From assembly GCF_009914755.1 (NCBI RefSeq), contig NC_060942.1: DNA of 64,000 nucleotides; one strand, written 5' to 3'. A model generated the notes under the pieces. The model was not told the DNA's origin. It made no database searches and worked only from the letters and a program-made list of their open reading frames with translations. Shown here piece after piece: positions 38,716 through 53,200 of the stretch. The position numbers were made by a program, and so were the translations under genes. The stretch's first letter is position 1. Each line of letters starts with the position of its first letter. Source of the DNA: the human T2T-CHM13v2.0 reference genome, Homo sapiens.

Positions 38716-39984
38716 AAAGCAATCCATTCTTTTTCCAGCCTGTCCTTTTGGCCCCCCACTCCATGGTCTCCCATTTACTGTCCACAATCAGCAGTGAAGC
38801 ATAGTCACTTGACTGGGTGGGTGGTGTACACTTGAGAAGAGAAAGGTTTCAAATGAGATTTTAGTGGCAGGACAATGATAGGGAGGTTGTCCCTCTCCTG
38901 GAAGTTATGCCTACTTCTGTGCTAAGCAAAATCTGTCCAGAGAGTGGAATTCAGTGCAGCCAAGTCTATTCCTTGTCACCAGCCCAGGCTTCCAGACCCT
39001 GCAGTCAGCACCAGCCACTTCAGAATGTTCTGATGAAGACCAACCCATGCCTGAGTGGAATGTTCTGCTATCTCCTTATGAAGAGGCAGGGACTGAAGAG
39101 TTCCTTAAGTTTATGGTCAGATTTAGACCCTGAACTAGAAATTTAAGAGATGAAGGAGTAAATGGTTCTCATGATGGTTATTTTCCCACCCAACCCCATC
39201 AGTTTGATGGTAAATGTGAAAGCACTTGTTTTTAAATCATCACTTTAAAAAAAAATGCCCCAAATCGCAAGGCAGTATCAAAATACCTGTGCTGACTCAG
39301 AAAGATAATTTTTCAAGCATCAGCAGAAAGGGGAACTTACAGAATTTGCAATTTTACCTCCTGCCCTACCTCCCACCCCAACCCCAGTTCTGCAAATGTG
39401 GTAGAGGCAGTCAATTGGAGGGGGTGGGGGAATATAATTTTTCACGTTTCTGTCTTGCCTCATTAATCTAATTCCTTTCAACAAATATTGACAGACACTG
39501 TGTTTCTTCTGCACATTCCAAGATGAATCAGACCTAGTGTCTGTCCCAACCCAGCTCACAGAATAACACCCCAGCTGGGCAAACAAATGACTATATGTAA
39601 AGGCTAGCACAGAGACAGAAATAACTTGCTACAGTAGAAATAATCTACTTGGGGGAGAAGAGAAGGGACAAGTGTATCAAGGAAAGATACAGAATCAATA
39701 TATTTGCTGCTGATGCATGTACATTCATTAATTCCTTTATTCAACAAATACTTGTTGAAAGCCGTCTATGTTCCTGGCCTTGTCCTAGCTTCTAAGGAAA
39801 ACATCGCCAGACAAAGTCTCTGTCTTCTTGAAACTTACATTCTGTGTAGGGAGGTGGTCAAGACTTAGGGTCGGCAGGTGTTCTATAAGGAGACAAGGTT
39901 GTTAATGATCTAGAAAGAAAGCTATGGCAGTGGCCCAGATGAAATTATGAAGCCTGGGCTACCGTGGTGGCTGGGGGAATGGAG

Positions 39985-40442
39985 AGTGGGTTGATTGTGT
40001 CCCCCAAAAATAGGTTCAAGTTCTAACCCTTGGTACCTGAGAATGTGACTTTACTTGGGAGTAGGTTTTTACAAATATAATCACATTAAAATGAGGTCAT
40101 ACTGGATTACAGTGGGCCCTAATCCAGTGACTGTTGTCTTCATGGGAAGAGAAAAATTTGAACACAGAGACACAGAGGGAAGAAGGCCATGTGATGATGG
40201 AGGCAGAGATTGGATTAATGTTGGCTCCAAACCAAGGAACCCCCAAGGGCTTCTGGCCACCACTGGAGCTAGGCCAGAAGTATGGGATGGCTTCTCTCTC
40301 AGACCTCCAGGGAAAACCAATACTGCCAACTGTCTGCTGATTTCAGACTGTGCCTCCTCAATTGTGAGAAAATAAATGTCTGATGCTTGAAGGCACCCCG
40401 GTTTTGGGTGCTTTGTTATGGCAGCCCTTGGAATTTAATACA
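39985..40442 (+). mobile_element. MaLR LTR (MLT1C/D-like)
   Basis: gggttgattgtgtcccccaaaa...gaatgtgactttacttgg...ctttgttatggcagccc...taataca. Confidence 0.8.
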
Positions 40443-40643
40443 GAGAGGAAAGTTCCATTGCAGAAGACACTGCGGAATTAGAACAGACAGGATTTGGGAA
40501 TGGGTTAGACACAGGGCCTGAAGAATGCTTCAGCAACCACCCTCAGGACTCCAGCTCAGGGAATTTCACTACAAATAGGCTCAGTGAGGGATGGAGACTG
40601 CTTGCTCCAGTACTTGATACACCAAGTAAGTGCTTAATAAATG

Positions 40644-41349
40644 TTGATATGTTTAGGCTTTGTGTCCCCACCCAAATCTCATCTTGAATTGTAATCCCTA
40701 TAATCCCCACGCATCAAGGGAGAGACCAGGTGGAGGTAATTGAACAATGGGGGCGGTTTCTCCCAAGCTGTTCTCATGATAGTGACTTCTCACGAGATCT
40801 GATGGTTTTCTAAGGGCCTGTTCCCTGCTTCACTTGGCATTTCTCCTTCCTGCTGCCTTGTGAAGAAGGTGCCTTGCTTCCCCTTCACCTTCTGCCGTGA
40901 TTGTAAGCTTTCTGAGGCTTCCCCAGCCATGCTGAACTGTGAGTCATATTAAATCCTTTCCTTTATAAATTACCCAGTCTCGAGCAGTTGGGGTTTTTTT
41001 TTTTGGTTTTTTTTTTTTTTTTTTTTTTGAGACAGAGTCTCACTCTGTCACTCAGGCTAGAGTGCAGTGGCATGATCTTGGCTCACTGAAACCTCTGCCT
41101 CCCAGGTTCAAGCGATTCTCCTGCCTCAGCCTCCTGAGTAGCTTGGAATACAGGTGTGCGCCACAAAGCCTGGCTAATTTTGTATTTTCAGTAGAGGCGG
41201 GATTTCGCCATGTTGGCCAGGCTGGTCTCAAACTCCTGACCTCAAGTGATCCGCTGCCTCGGCCTCCCAAAATGCTGGGATTACAGGCATGAGCCTCTGT
41301 GCCCACCCTCAGGCAGTTCTTTACGGCAGTATGAAAACGGACTAATACA
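40644..41349 (+). mobile_element. THE1 (THE1D-like) solo LTR interrupted by an Alu
   Basis: tgatatgtttaggctttgtgtccccacccaaatctcatcttgaattg...; resumes after the Alu as ggcagttctttacggcagtatgaaaacggactaataca. Confidence 0.88.
40994..41307 (-). mobile_element. Alu (AluS-like) nested in THE1
   Basis: Antisense dimer; TSD-like ctcgagcagtt / ctcaggcagtt. Confidence 0.93.
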
Positions 41350-41909
41350 AACGTGTTAGCTCAGCTATCGTCTTTGGGGCTGGAATGATGGACATTCGTG
41401 TGGATGCTTCTCAGGGTAGATCTATGTGGAAGACAAAGGCAGTCTGCCCAGCACAGAGTTGGTTCAGAATGGTAAGAAATCTGCCACTCTTGTCTCTCTG
41501 ACTGCAGGGGTTTGGAGAAGAAAACTAGGCACCATGGTTGCTGGTAGTGTGATGGGCTTCAGAGTTCATTTCTCATTCCCTGTCACTAAAGGCCACATCC
41601 TGATCCACCAGCCCTGATCATAAGACAGACAGTAGCATCGCGGAGTGGGCACTGACCTGCAGGTGCTCCTCCTTCCACCCCATGGGGGATGTCCCCTCCC
41701 CGGCAGCCTGCCAAGGGTCCCCAGCCTCTAATTCTCTTGAGGATCTTGCCTAGGATCCCCGAGATCAGTGTGTCTTGTGCTTCAGTTGGTCCTTTCGACC
41801 AGCCGTGAAGTAACAGGCTTCTCTGCCCTCCCTTTTCTCAGGTCTGGAGATTCAAAGGATCTGGCCTGGGGGTTAACAAGCCTGTTTATGCCCATCATTG
41901 GAACCAGCT

Positions 41910-42249
41910 TGATATGGTTTGGCTGTGTCCCCACCCAAATCTTATCTTGAATTGTAGCTCCCATAATCCCCACGTATTGTGGGAGGGACCCCATGGGAGG
42001 TAATTGAATCATGGGGGCGGGTTTTCCTGTGCTGTTCTCATGATAGTGAATAAGTCTCACAAGATCTAATGGTTTTATAAAGGGGAGTTCTTTGCACACC
42101 CTCTCTTATTGCCGCCATGTAACATATGGCTTTGCTCCTCCTTCGCCTTCTGCCATAATTGTGAGGTCTTCTTAGCCATGTGTAACAGTGAGTCCATTAA
42201 ACCCAGTCTCGGGTATCTGTTCATAGCAGTATGAAAATGGACTAATACA
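41910..42249 (+). mobile_element. THE1 solo LTR
   Basis: tgatatggtttggctgtgtcccc...ggactaataca, with a perfect 5-bp TSD cagct (41905-41909 / 42250-42254). Confidence 0.92.
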
Positions 42250-42709
42250 CAGCTCAACAGGCATATGGCAGGGTCTGCCTGGTACAATCTTAACACACAA
42301 CACTTCAAGAGGGTGGGAACACAGAAAACTGCAAGTTCGAGTTGTTCGAGTAACAACTGGTTAAGCCAGAGCCTCTTCTTAACAATTAGATTCATTCCAT
42401 ATGTGGATTTGGAAGTAATTAACCTGCACTTCTTTAAAATATGTTAAAATTCACATTTTCAGGAGTACAGTAACTAGCTTAGGTGAGATAACACTGAGAT
42501 TCGAATCATATCTAGGTACCCACAATGGCTAAGTCTAATCATTTCTTGGTTATTATCCTGATTTTCTCTTCTTTGTCAATGTATAATATCACAAAAGAGC
42601 AAAGGTAAGCACTGAGCAATTCAGACTTGTTCCAAGCTGTCCGAAGGGAAAGAATTCTCATGTCTGACTTTGAATAGCACCATTATTAACCAATATTACT
42701 ATTTATTGA

Positions 42710-43271
<562 letters not shown>

Positions 43272-43319
43272 TAAAAAATGTCTTTTAAAGCTATTCATTA
43301 ATTTATTGGACTAGATCTT

Positions 43320-43344
43320 ACACACACACACACACGCACACACA
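43320..43344 (+). repeat. (CA)n microsatellite
   Basis: acacacacacacacacgcacacaca. Confidence 0.9.
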
Positions 43345-44474
43345 ATTCATGAGGTATGCAGTGAACAGGTATATAGTAAAAATTGTGTCTCTCCACCCAG
43401 TTACTCAGTCACCTTCACCAGAGGCCACCACTGTTATCGACAGTTATTTTAGTTTTGAGGAGAGCTAAGGAACTCAGACCTAAAATGGAATTAGGGAAGC
43501 TATTTAACCTCATCGATAGAGACAGAGCCTGGAGTCAGCAGCCTGCATTCAAAGCAAGGCTTCGCCGCTTCCTGACGTAGAGCCTGGCTGACAGGCTTTA
43601 TCTCACAGGGCTGTTGAGATAATGAAATGAGCCAGCCGCTGCAAAGTGCTTAGCCCAGGCACCGTGCATTTCTACCTTCAATACGTGTCAGCTGTTATTA
43701 GCTACGGGGTGGTGGAGCTGGTGGAGGAAGGTGGGAGGGAAGGGTGGGGCATATTTAATCCTTTCTGGGGAAAGCCCTAAGCCCTCATTATACCAAGGGT
43801 AGAAATCCCTAGGAATCTGTTAGAAATGCATGGTCTCAGGCTCCTCCCCAGACTCGCTGAATCTTGACAAACTCCCCAGAAGAGAAGCACTGTCCTGTAT
43901 GAACCTAGAGCCCCTGAGGGCTGGGCCACTGTCCTGTGTGAACCTGGAGTCCCTGAGGGCTGGGCTGTGGCATCCCTGCCCCAGGGGAGACGGTGCTGCT
44001 GTCTCTTCATTGCAGACATGAGCCCTTAGACTTTGCATGATGAAAGCTCATGACAAACGCTACCTACTCCCGAGCCCCCAGCTTCCTATTCCACATAAGA
44101 TCTCCTAAGCCCAATAACCTGTGACCTCACAGATGAATGGAACATGTCCTCTTTCGTCCTGTAGCTCCACGGTAACCTGAGAGATGGCCTGGAGGCAGGG
44201 TGGCATGTTGTTTTTAAAGTGATACAAGAGACACAGTGGAGACCGTCCAATGAGTGGCATGGCTGCCAGGATGCCAACTGGGACACTAAAGCCCTGGCAG
44301 TGGGGGCTGCCCAGCAGGGCTGGCCACTAGAAATAAGGTCTGTGAGGGTTGAGGGCCGAGAGGCTGGAGGGGCTCAAGGGTGACCAGTGCTGCTGTTTGC
44401 CACTTGTTCTAAACCAGCAGACCATGGCTAAGAACACTGCCATACAGGAAGCCGCCCTTCCTCTAGGGCAGAAT

Positions 44475-44750
44475 CACACATGATGGTGGGGGAGGCGTGT
44501 CATTAGACATCGTCCAAACCCACAGAATGGGCACCACCGAGAGGGAACCCTCATGTAAATCATGGGCTTTGGGTGATGGTGATGTGTCAATGTAGGTTTA
44601 CCGATTGTGACAAATGCAGTCTCTGATGCCGTGTAGATAGTAGGGGAGGCTGTGCATTTGTGGGAGCAGGACATATATGGGAAATCTCTGTACTTCCTGC
44701 TCAATTTCTCTGTGAACCTAAAAGTGCTCTAAAAAAGTCTATTAAAGAGA
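44475..44750 (+). mobile_element. Old L1M (L1MC/MB-like) 3'UTR fragment
   Basis: gggaaccctcatgtaaatcatgggctttgggtgatggtgatgtgtcaatgtagg...gggaaatctctgtacttcctgctcaattt...gaacctaaaagtgctctaaaaa. Confidence 0.8.
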
Positions 44751-44786
44751 AAAAGAATTATATATAAGAATTACGTATAAACTATA

Positions 44787-44851
44787 GTGTGTGTGTATAT
44801 ATATACACATATATATACGTGTGTGTGTGTGTATATATATATATATATGTA
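44787..44851 (+). repeat. Compound (TG)n(TA)n microsatellite
   Basis: gtgtgtgtgtatatatatacacatatatatacgtgtgtgtgtgtgtatatatata. Confidence 0.9.
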
Positions 44852-44939
44852 TTTATAGTTTGTCATTGGATCAGCTGTAAAAGAGGAAAGAAAACCAACA
44901 TTGAGGCCCAGGGCAATAGCTTTTAAAAAATTACAATAG

Positions 44940-45089
44940 AGCTGAGTACATGCAGTCCCAGCTACTGGGGAGGCTGAGGTGGGAGGATTCCTTGAGCTCA
45001 GGAGCTTCCAGGCTGCAGTGAGCTATGATCACACCACTGCACTGCAGCCTGGATGACAAAACGAGATCCCGTCTCTAAAATATATAAAA
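44940..45089 (+). mobile_element. Alu right monomer (FRAM/AluJ fragment)
   Basis: cagtcccagctactggggaggctgaggtgggagg...gagatcccgtctctaaaa. Confidence 0.82.
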
Positions 45090-45121
45090 ATAATCACAAT
45101 GACAACAGAAATCACTTAGAG

Positions 45122-46211
45122 CTGGACTATCCAACCTGGGAGCTTTGAGCCACATGTGGTTAGTGAGGCTTGAAATATGCCTAGTTTGAAGGAGGAACTG
45201 AATTTTTAATTTTAATTAATGTGCATGTAAATTTAAAAGCTGATATATGTGATATTGTTAGGGAGAAATTTTAATAGGTTTGGAACAATTTGGATATGTG
45301 AATCTACCCTTCCAAATTAATTTCATGAACTCTAAATACAGATCAAGTATTTCCAAAGAATAATTAGCATCCAAATTGAGATATGCTATGAATGGAAAAT
45401 ATACACCAGAGTTTGGAGACTTAATACCAAAAAAATGTAAAATATCTCATTAACAATTTTTATATTTACATATTGAAATATTTGGTTATACTGAGTTAGT
45501 AAAATATATTATTAAAGTTCACTTCACCTGTATCTTTGTACTTTTTAAAAATTTGGCTTCCAAAAAAAGTAAAAGACGTAAGTGTCTTACCATCATACAC
45601 TGCTGGTAGGAATGTAAAATGGCATAGCTGCTTTGAAAACCAGTGTGATGATTCCTCAAAAGGTTACACATCGAGTTACCCAGCAATTCCACTCTTAGGT
45701 ACTTACCCAAGATAATTTGAAAACATATGCCCACAAAATGATCTCGCACATAAATGTTCATAGCAGCATTACTCGTAATGGCCACACAGTGGAAACCACC
45801 CAAATGTCCATTAACTGATACATGACTAAAACCAAACCTGGTGTGCCCATAAAATGGAATATTATCTGGCCATAAAAAGGAGTATTGATAGATTCTCCCA
45901 CATGGGTGACCCTTGGAAACATTACACTAAATGAAAGAAGCCAGACACACAAAAGCCATCTACTGTATGATTACGTTTATACAAAATGTCCAGAACAGGC
46001 AAATCTATTCAAGACAGAAAGTATAGTAGGATTTGCCAGGGGCTGGGGGAAGAAGGGGAGAGGAAGTGACTGTTAATAAGTATGGGTTTCTTTCAGGTAT
46101 AATGAAAGTGTTCTGAAATTAAATAGTGGTAATGGTTGGTTGCACAATTTGTGATTGTACTTACAAAAAATTACATACTTGGCTTGCATTAAATTTCTAT
46201 TGGACAGCACT
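45122..46211. mobile_element. hAT-Charlie (MER3/MER33/Charlie1-like) DNA transposon remnant split by an L1M insertion
   Basis: Left part ctatccaa...gccacatgtggttagtgaggcttgaaatatg (45122-45570); right terminus ggcttgcattaaatttctattggacagcact (46181-46211). Confidence 0.7.
45580..46180 (+). mobile_element. L1MB/ME-like 3' fragment
   Basis: catacactgctggtaggaatgtaaaatgg...gttcatagcagcattactcgtaatggcc...ctaaatgaaagaagccagacac. Confidence 0.85.
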
Positions 46212-46269
46212 AATTTTAATGAGATAACTATTTTCTTTCCCAACTGTGATTAGTGATGGTATATAATCT

Positions 46270-46500
46270 AGCCAAAGCTAATCAACGTGGGGTGATTTTT
46301 GCCCCCATCCCCACCCCATGGGACCTGTGGCAGTGTCTGGAGACATTTTTGATAGCCACAACTGGGGTTGGGGTGAGGGGAAGAGATCGCTACTGGCCGG
46401 GGATGCTGCTAAACATCCTACAACCCACAGGCAGCTGCCCGGAACAAAGAATTATCTGGCCCACAATATTGTAGTGTGGAGGTTGAGAAACCCTGCACTA
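46270..46500 (+). mobile_element. MER20-like hAT element
   Basis: ggggtgatttttgcccc...ggcagtgtctggagacatttttg...gatgctgctaaacatcctaca...ggaggttgagaaaccctg. Confidence 0.8.
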
Positions 46501-47004
46501 AAGGCTGCTCAGAGGATCCCTGCCCCAGCTACAACATCCTTTGCCCCAGCTACAACATCCTTTGCTCCATCTCTGCTGCTTTGACTTCCCAGGGGTCTGA
46601 TTCAGGGTGTGGCCTTCTCAGAAGACTTTCTCCTGGAGTCCACCCCATCACAGTCCTCAGGCCAGGAACTCCTAGTGATTCTGTGGACTTGGAAACTTCC
46701 TAAGAAGAATCCTGAAAGGGCCCGGGGATTCTATAGTTGATTGGCTATGGAGTCTCTGACTCAGGCCTGACCTTCTGAGGCTTCTTGAGTCCCCAAGTGT
46801 GATACTCTCCACAAAGCTGGCTTCATGCCAGGTAGATTGCCATTTTTCTTGTTGTTTTCTCTTCCACGTCAGATTTTCTAAGCCAAAGACAACTGGAATT
46901 TGCACAGTCTGCGTGAGGAATGGGCTGCTTCTCTGACACCTGAAGTAAAAACCCAACCAGGGATATCCAGACTTGCCTTCAAGCATGTTATTTTCAAATT
47001 ACCT

Positions 47005-47850
47005 ACTCTGTCTGTTTCTGATAACTGCTGTAACAAATGACCACAAATTTAGTGGCTCAGAACAACATAGATTTATTACTTTACAGTTCGGGAGGTCAGA
47101 AGTCCAACATGAATCTCACTGGGCTACAATTAAGGTGTCAGGAGGGCCATGTCCTTCTGGAGGCTACAGAGGAGTGACGTGGTTTGGCTGTGTCCCCACC
47201 CAAATCTCATCTTGAATTGTAACTCCCACAATTCCCACATGTCATGGGAGGGACCCAGTGGGAGGTGACTGAATTATGGGGGCAGTTCTTTCCCGCACCG
47301 TTCTCATGATAGTGAATGAGTCTCACAAGATCTGATGGTTTTGAAAACAGGAGTTTCCCTGCAGAAGCACTCCCTTTGCCTGCTGCCATCCATGTAAGAC
47401 ATAACTTGCTCCTCCTTGCCTTCTCCCATGATTGTGAGGCCTGCTCAGCCATGTGGAACTATGTATCCATTAAACCTCTTTTCTTCCCATTCTTGGGTAT
47501 GTCTTTATCAGCAGCATGAAAACTAATACAGGGAGAGAATCCCCTCTGTCCAGCTTCTGCAGTTGGCCTGCATCCCTTGGCACATGGTCCTTTCTCGACC
47601 TTCAAAGCCAGCACAGTAGCATCTTCAAATCCTTCTCTGACCGATGCTCCTGTCTCCCTCTTCCACTTATAAGGACCCTTGAGACCAAGTGGGACCACCT
47701 GGGTCAAAGATAATCTCCCCATGTCAGGGTTGATAACCTCAATCACATCTGCAAAGTCCCTTTTGCCATAATTCACTTCAGTAACATATTCACAGGTTCT
47801 GAGAATCAGGATGTGGATGTCTTTGGAGGGAATTATTCTGCATACCATAC
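47005..47850 (-). mobile_element. MLT1-type LTR interrupted by THE1
   Basis: ctgctgtaacaaatgaccacaaatttagtggc...ggaggctacagaggag | THE1 | gggagagaatccc...aatcacatctgcaaagtccc...gcataccata. Confidence 0.8.
47175..47530 (+). mobile_element. THE1 (THE1B-like) solo LTR
   Basis: tgacgtggtttggctgtgtcccc...cagcagcatgaaaactaataca; TSD aggag/gggag. Confidence 0.9.
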
Positions 47851-48584
47851 TGTTACGTGGGCATGGGCAGTCTACTTCAGGGGGGCAGGGTCACTTAGGC
47901 ACACTCTGCTGCCTTTGTTCCATAGGGAAAAGAAATAGGGTATTTTTGTTTTTCCAGAGTTGGAGAATTTGCCCAATCTGAGTTCTCAGGTAGTTAGATG
48001 CTGACTTTCCAGATCTAATTCTCAGCAGGCCTATGCCCCAGAATGGCCAGTGAGAGATTTACTTTTCCATTTTTATATCTTTGAATAGCTTCAAGTGAAT
48101 TACTGTGATTGAGATTTTTTTTATTATTTGGGATTACAATGCTTCTGAAGTTGTCACACTTGCTGAGTTTAAATCCCCTCTAACAGGTAAACCTATCAGA
48201 TTACATGACAGTGTTCAACTTAACATTTATTGAGATCTGTCAGATACCGTATGTGCCCAAGAAAGCTCAGCAGTGACCCACAAGGAATATAAAATCTAGC
48301 AGGGGAGATAAAGAAGTATACTGCCAATCTAACCCCAGTGTGATGTGCAGCAAAGGCTCTAAAGTCAGTAAAATAGCTTTAGGACTCTACTGGGGAGGGT
48401 GTGAGGAAGGGCTGGATGGTTATGCGAGGATGCTGAAATATTGAAAGGGTGATGAAATAAGCCACATTGGAACACTGGGCCTTCAGGAATGGGCCAGAAT
48501 CCTTTAAGGTCAAATCTAAAAAGGGGTTGTCCTCAGTGTCCTGGAGGACAGGAAAACAAACCTTAATGGTAGGCATTAGGAAAT

Positions 48585-49020
48585 TGTCTTAAAGATCCCG
48601 CCCCCAAAAGCAGACCCTGAGACAAGAAAGTGGATGCAGTTAGTTTATTCAGGAGATGATCCCAGAAAACATGGGGAGAAAGGGGGAATATAAGATGGAA
48701 GCAAAAACCACCAGGAAATGGGAATGAATGAATGACTGTGGGCTGCTGTGGACAACAGGGGCCTGATCACTGGGGATCCTCTAAAGAATCGTGTGATGAA
48801 TGTCTTAGACTCACTCCACAGGAAGCTACGGAGTCTGGGACACTGTCTACCAACTCCCACCCCCATTGGTGGAGGACTTTCCTGACTTCCAGATCCACTT
48901 TCTGGTGTGGCCAAGCAACCTCCCAGCTCATGAAGTTCTCAGGCTGTGGGAGCTGTCAGGTGGTGGAAACTTCACCTGCAGCTGCAGGGAACCTAGGTGG
49001 ACTGAGTAGCTATGGGGCAG
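48585..49020. mobile_element. Old ERVL-type LTR fragment (LTR16/LTR33-like)
   Basis: ccaaaagcagaccctgagacaag...gtttattcaggagatgatcccagaaaaca resembles these families; by-eye call only. Confidence 0.45.
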
Positions 49021-49789
49021 GGCATTATCAGCACCTGCCTTGGGAGTAATTGAGTACTTTCAACAATCTGGATGCTGGGGCCAATCCATGGGGTTCTTTC
49101 CCCTGAGTTATTCTGACTACACTCAGTCAGCATTCAGTGATCATCCTCACCTTCACCCGCTTCAATTTGTGCTGTGTTGATCTGATTTTCTTATGGAGCT
49201 TGAGTTCCAGTTTTGTCACTTACAGATAGAGGTGCCCTGGGCATGTTAATTAACCTCTTTGAGCGTTATGGGCCAGCTCACAGTTTTGTTACATGGACTA
49301 CCAGAAATGCCAAATGTTGGACATTAATATAGTACTTGGAACACACAAATATTCAATAAACAGTTATGATTTTGTGGATGATGGCAACACTTCTGTTTCT
49401 CTCTACCATCAGTGCAGACTTTTGACCTATAGAAGTTGAGATGATGATCTAAAAATTTACCTCCAAGATGGTTTCATTTTCAGTCTTTTTAACTATAGAA
49501 CTGACTGATGTAATTTGTGACTTACTGCTTATTTTTGGTAAGTAACAATTCCATTTCAGAAAAATGCCTTACTGAAGTGTCAGTTGGTGTCGTGCCATAA
49601 GCACAATATCAGCATCATTCAAAAGAACCTAGAGCCTCCCAGTGAATAGGCTAACCTCTGGTATAAATTAGGTACACATGGAAGCTATTTTTGACTACAG
49701 GGATGCCCTTTAGTGGTTCACTACATTTATGTACCAAATGGCTCCCAAATTACCTGGAGCTGTGGATGTAATTTCTGAGGGTGAATTTA

Positions 49790-50162
49790 TGTCTCAGCTC
49801 AGGCTGCTATCACAAAGGGCCGTATATTGGGTGGCTTAAATAAGAGACATTTATTTCTTCTAGTTATGGAAGCTGGGAAGTCCAAGACAAGGTGCTGCTG
49901 ATTGAGTTCTTGGTGAGGGTTCTCTTCCTGACTTGCAGGTGGCTGCCTTCTCGTTGTGTCCTCAGATGGCAGAAAGAAGAGAGGAAGCAAGCTCTCTGGT
50001 GTCTCTCCTTACAAGGGTTCTAATCTGGTCATGGGGCCCCAGCCTCATGACCTCATCTAAACCCGATTACTTCCCACAGACTCCACCTGCTAATAGTATC
50101 ACATTGGAGGTTAGGACTTGGACATATAAATTTTTAGGGGTTACAAACATTAGCCCATAGCA
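49790..50162 (-). mobile_element. MaLR LTR (MLT1A-like)
   Basis: ctcaggctgctatcacaaa...ggaagctgggaagtccaagacaagg...catgacctcatctaaacccgattacttccca...cattagcccatagca. Confidence 0.85.
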
Positions 50163-51226
50163 CCTTAGGATTACAGAGTGATGCTCCCCCTGGGGGAATT
50201 TGGCAGCTCATATAATACAGTCTTACCATATATGGTCCTAGAAATATAAGAAAGGAAATGATATCCATATCTATTGGCTCAATTTTTTTTACAACACTCA
50301 TTTTTAGAGCCCTTGGACTTTTGAGGGGCTCCTATCTAGCATCTAACTTTCAATATCTGCTCATGATCACACTATTCCCTCAGTGATCAAAGAAAAACAT
50401 TCTCTTGCTGGCTTTTCGTCTCTTAAAGGATTTTTAAAAGCTGTAGTATTATAATATGCATCCTATTTTTCCAGTAAAACAGAGTGGAGCTCATGTTGTG
50501 AAACAGCTAGAAAGGGGGAACAGAGACATTTTGTTTTTAAAACCATGAAATGTATTGTCAGTTACCTTAGGTAAGAGTGAAAGAAGTGACTTTGAGACTG
50601 ACTCATTTAGGCTAGAATTGGTGTGAGGTATAAGGGCATTAAGCTGAGAAAATGACCAGGACTGTAGCTTTGGTTCTGCCAATAAACAAATGGTGTGACC
50701 ACAGGCAAAGAGATTACTCTTTCTCTCATGAACCTGTAAGTTTCTCAAGGGAAGAAACAACATATATATTGCTTTGTAAATTGTTTCCAAGCATTTAAAA
50801 AATATCTTTAAATATTTTCAAGGCATGATTTTTAATGCCTGCATAGTCCAAAGAATATTGTACCATAATATATTTTACCATTCCTCCATTGTTAGATTGT
50901 TCTCAGTGTTTCATTATTGTGAACCATGCTACAATGAAAAGACTCTTGTCCCGATGGCTCTATTTATACTTCTGATAATTTTATTAGGCTAATTACAGGG
51001 CCAAAATTTACATGTTAAAGGATTAGTAAATATCACCAATTTGACATCCAGAAGGGTTGTACTAATTTGCACTCTTGCCAGCAGTGTAAGAGAAAAATCT
51101 GTTTCCATACAGTCTTATTAGCATGAAGTATCATCACATTAAGAACAATCTCTGAAAATTGAGAAAGGAAGGAAAGGAGGAAGGCAGAAAGGAATGGAGT
51201 TGATAAGTTTATGATGAATTTCATGA

Positions 51227-51709
<483 letters not shown>

Positions 51710-52859
51710 TAGACAGACTTTCCTTACCATGAAAGCCACAGTCTCTTCCACTTTGTTTGATATTTATTTTGGCAGCTGATGTAAAATTAGGGATTCACAG
51801 GACCTCACTGCCTCGGAAATTAACAGATCTTCATGTTTGACCCCTTCAGTTTACACTGAGGAAAGAGGCCCAAAGAGAGGAAAGGAAATTACCCAAGGAT
51901 ATACAGTTGGTTAATGGCAGAACCAGAACTAAAATCTAGCTCCCAGTTTATGTCTTCCTTTTTTAAAAAAAATTTTTTAAAAAGTTTTCAATATTATCAG
52001 TAAAAATAATTTCCTTAAACATTTAAAAACATTAATCACCCCTCCAAATGTTAGGTTCCTTGCTTCCCTCTCCAGAGTTAATCCTATCATTTGAATGTAT
52101 TCTTCCAGATCTAAAAAATAATTTTATGTGTTTATATATGTATATACAAATAACATATACTACTATGGAATGGTTGGGGGGCATAAATTGTATCGTATTG
52201 TATGTATTATTCTTCAGTGTACCTTTCTAATTCTATGTTGTTTTGAAGCATCCATCATTTGAGCAGGCCACATTTTATTTAGCCAGTTACCCATGAACAT
52301 TTCCTTAGAAACGTTTCCTTAGAAATAATTCTACAACACACATGATGTCACATGCTTCCTTGGGCCTTCATGCAAGCTTCTCTCAAGAGTCGATATTGAG
52401 AAGTGAAACTGCTGCATCATGGCTAATGCCCTTTTCAGTTTTAAGAGATTTTAAGAGATTTTTAAAGAGATTTTGCCAAATTAATCTTACTGGCAATGTA
52501 CCCATTTCCTTATAATATCAGCTTGGTACTGTACTTTTAATTTTTTTATCTATCTGATGAAAGATGTTATATCTTTAAAATTTGTATTTTCCTAATTACT
52601 CATAAGGTTGAGCATCTTCTTGCATATTTATTGACCATTTATCTCTTCCATAAACTTTGTATATATTTACCTTTTAAAAATAATTCAATTGTTACGGATG
52701 TTTTATCTATTTGATTTTTATATACCCTGGAAATTAATCTTTGTCTATTACAATGTCCTACATAAAAAGTGTATCACTTTAATTTTCTTAGTGGTATTTT
52801 TGTTCTATAGAAAAATTTTAATTTGATGTAATCAAAATTATTGATATTTCTCTTTTTTG

Positions 52860-53200
<341 letters not shown>

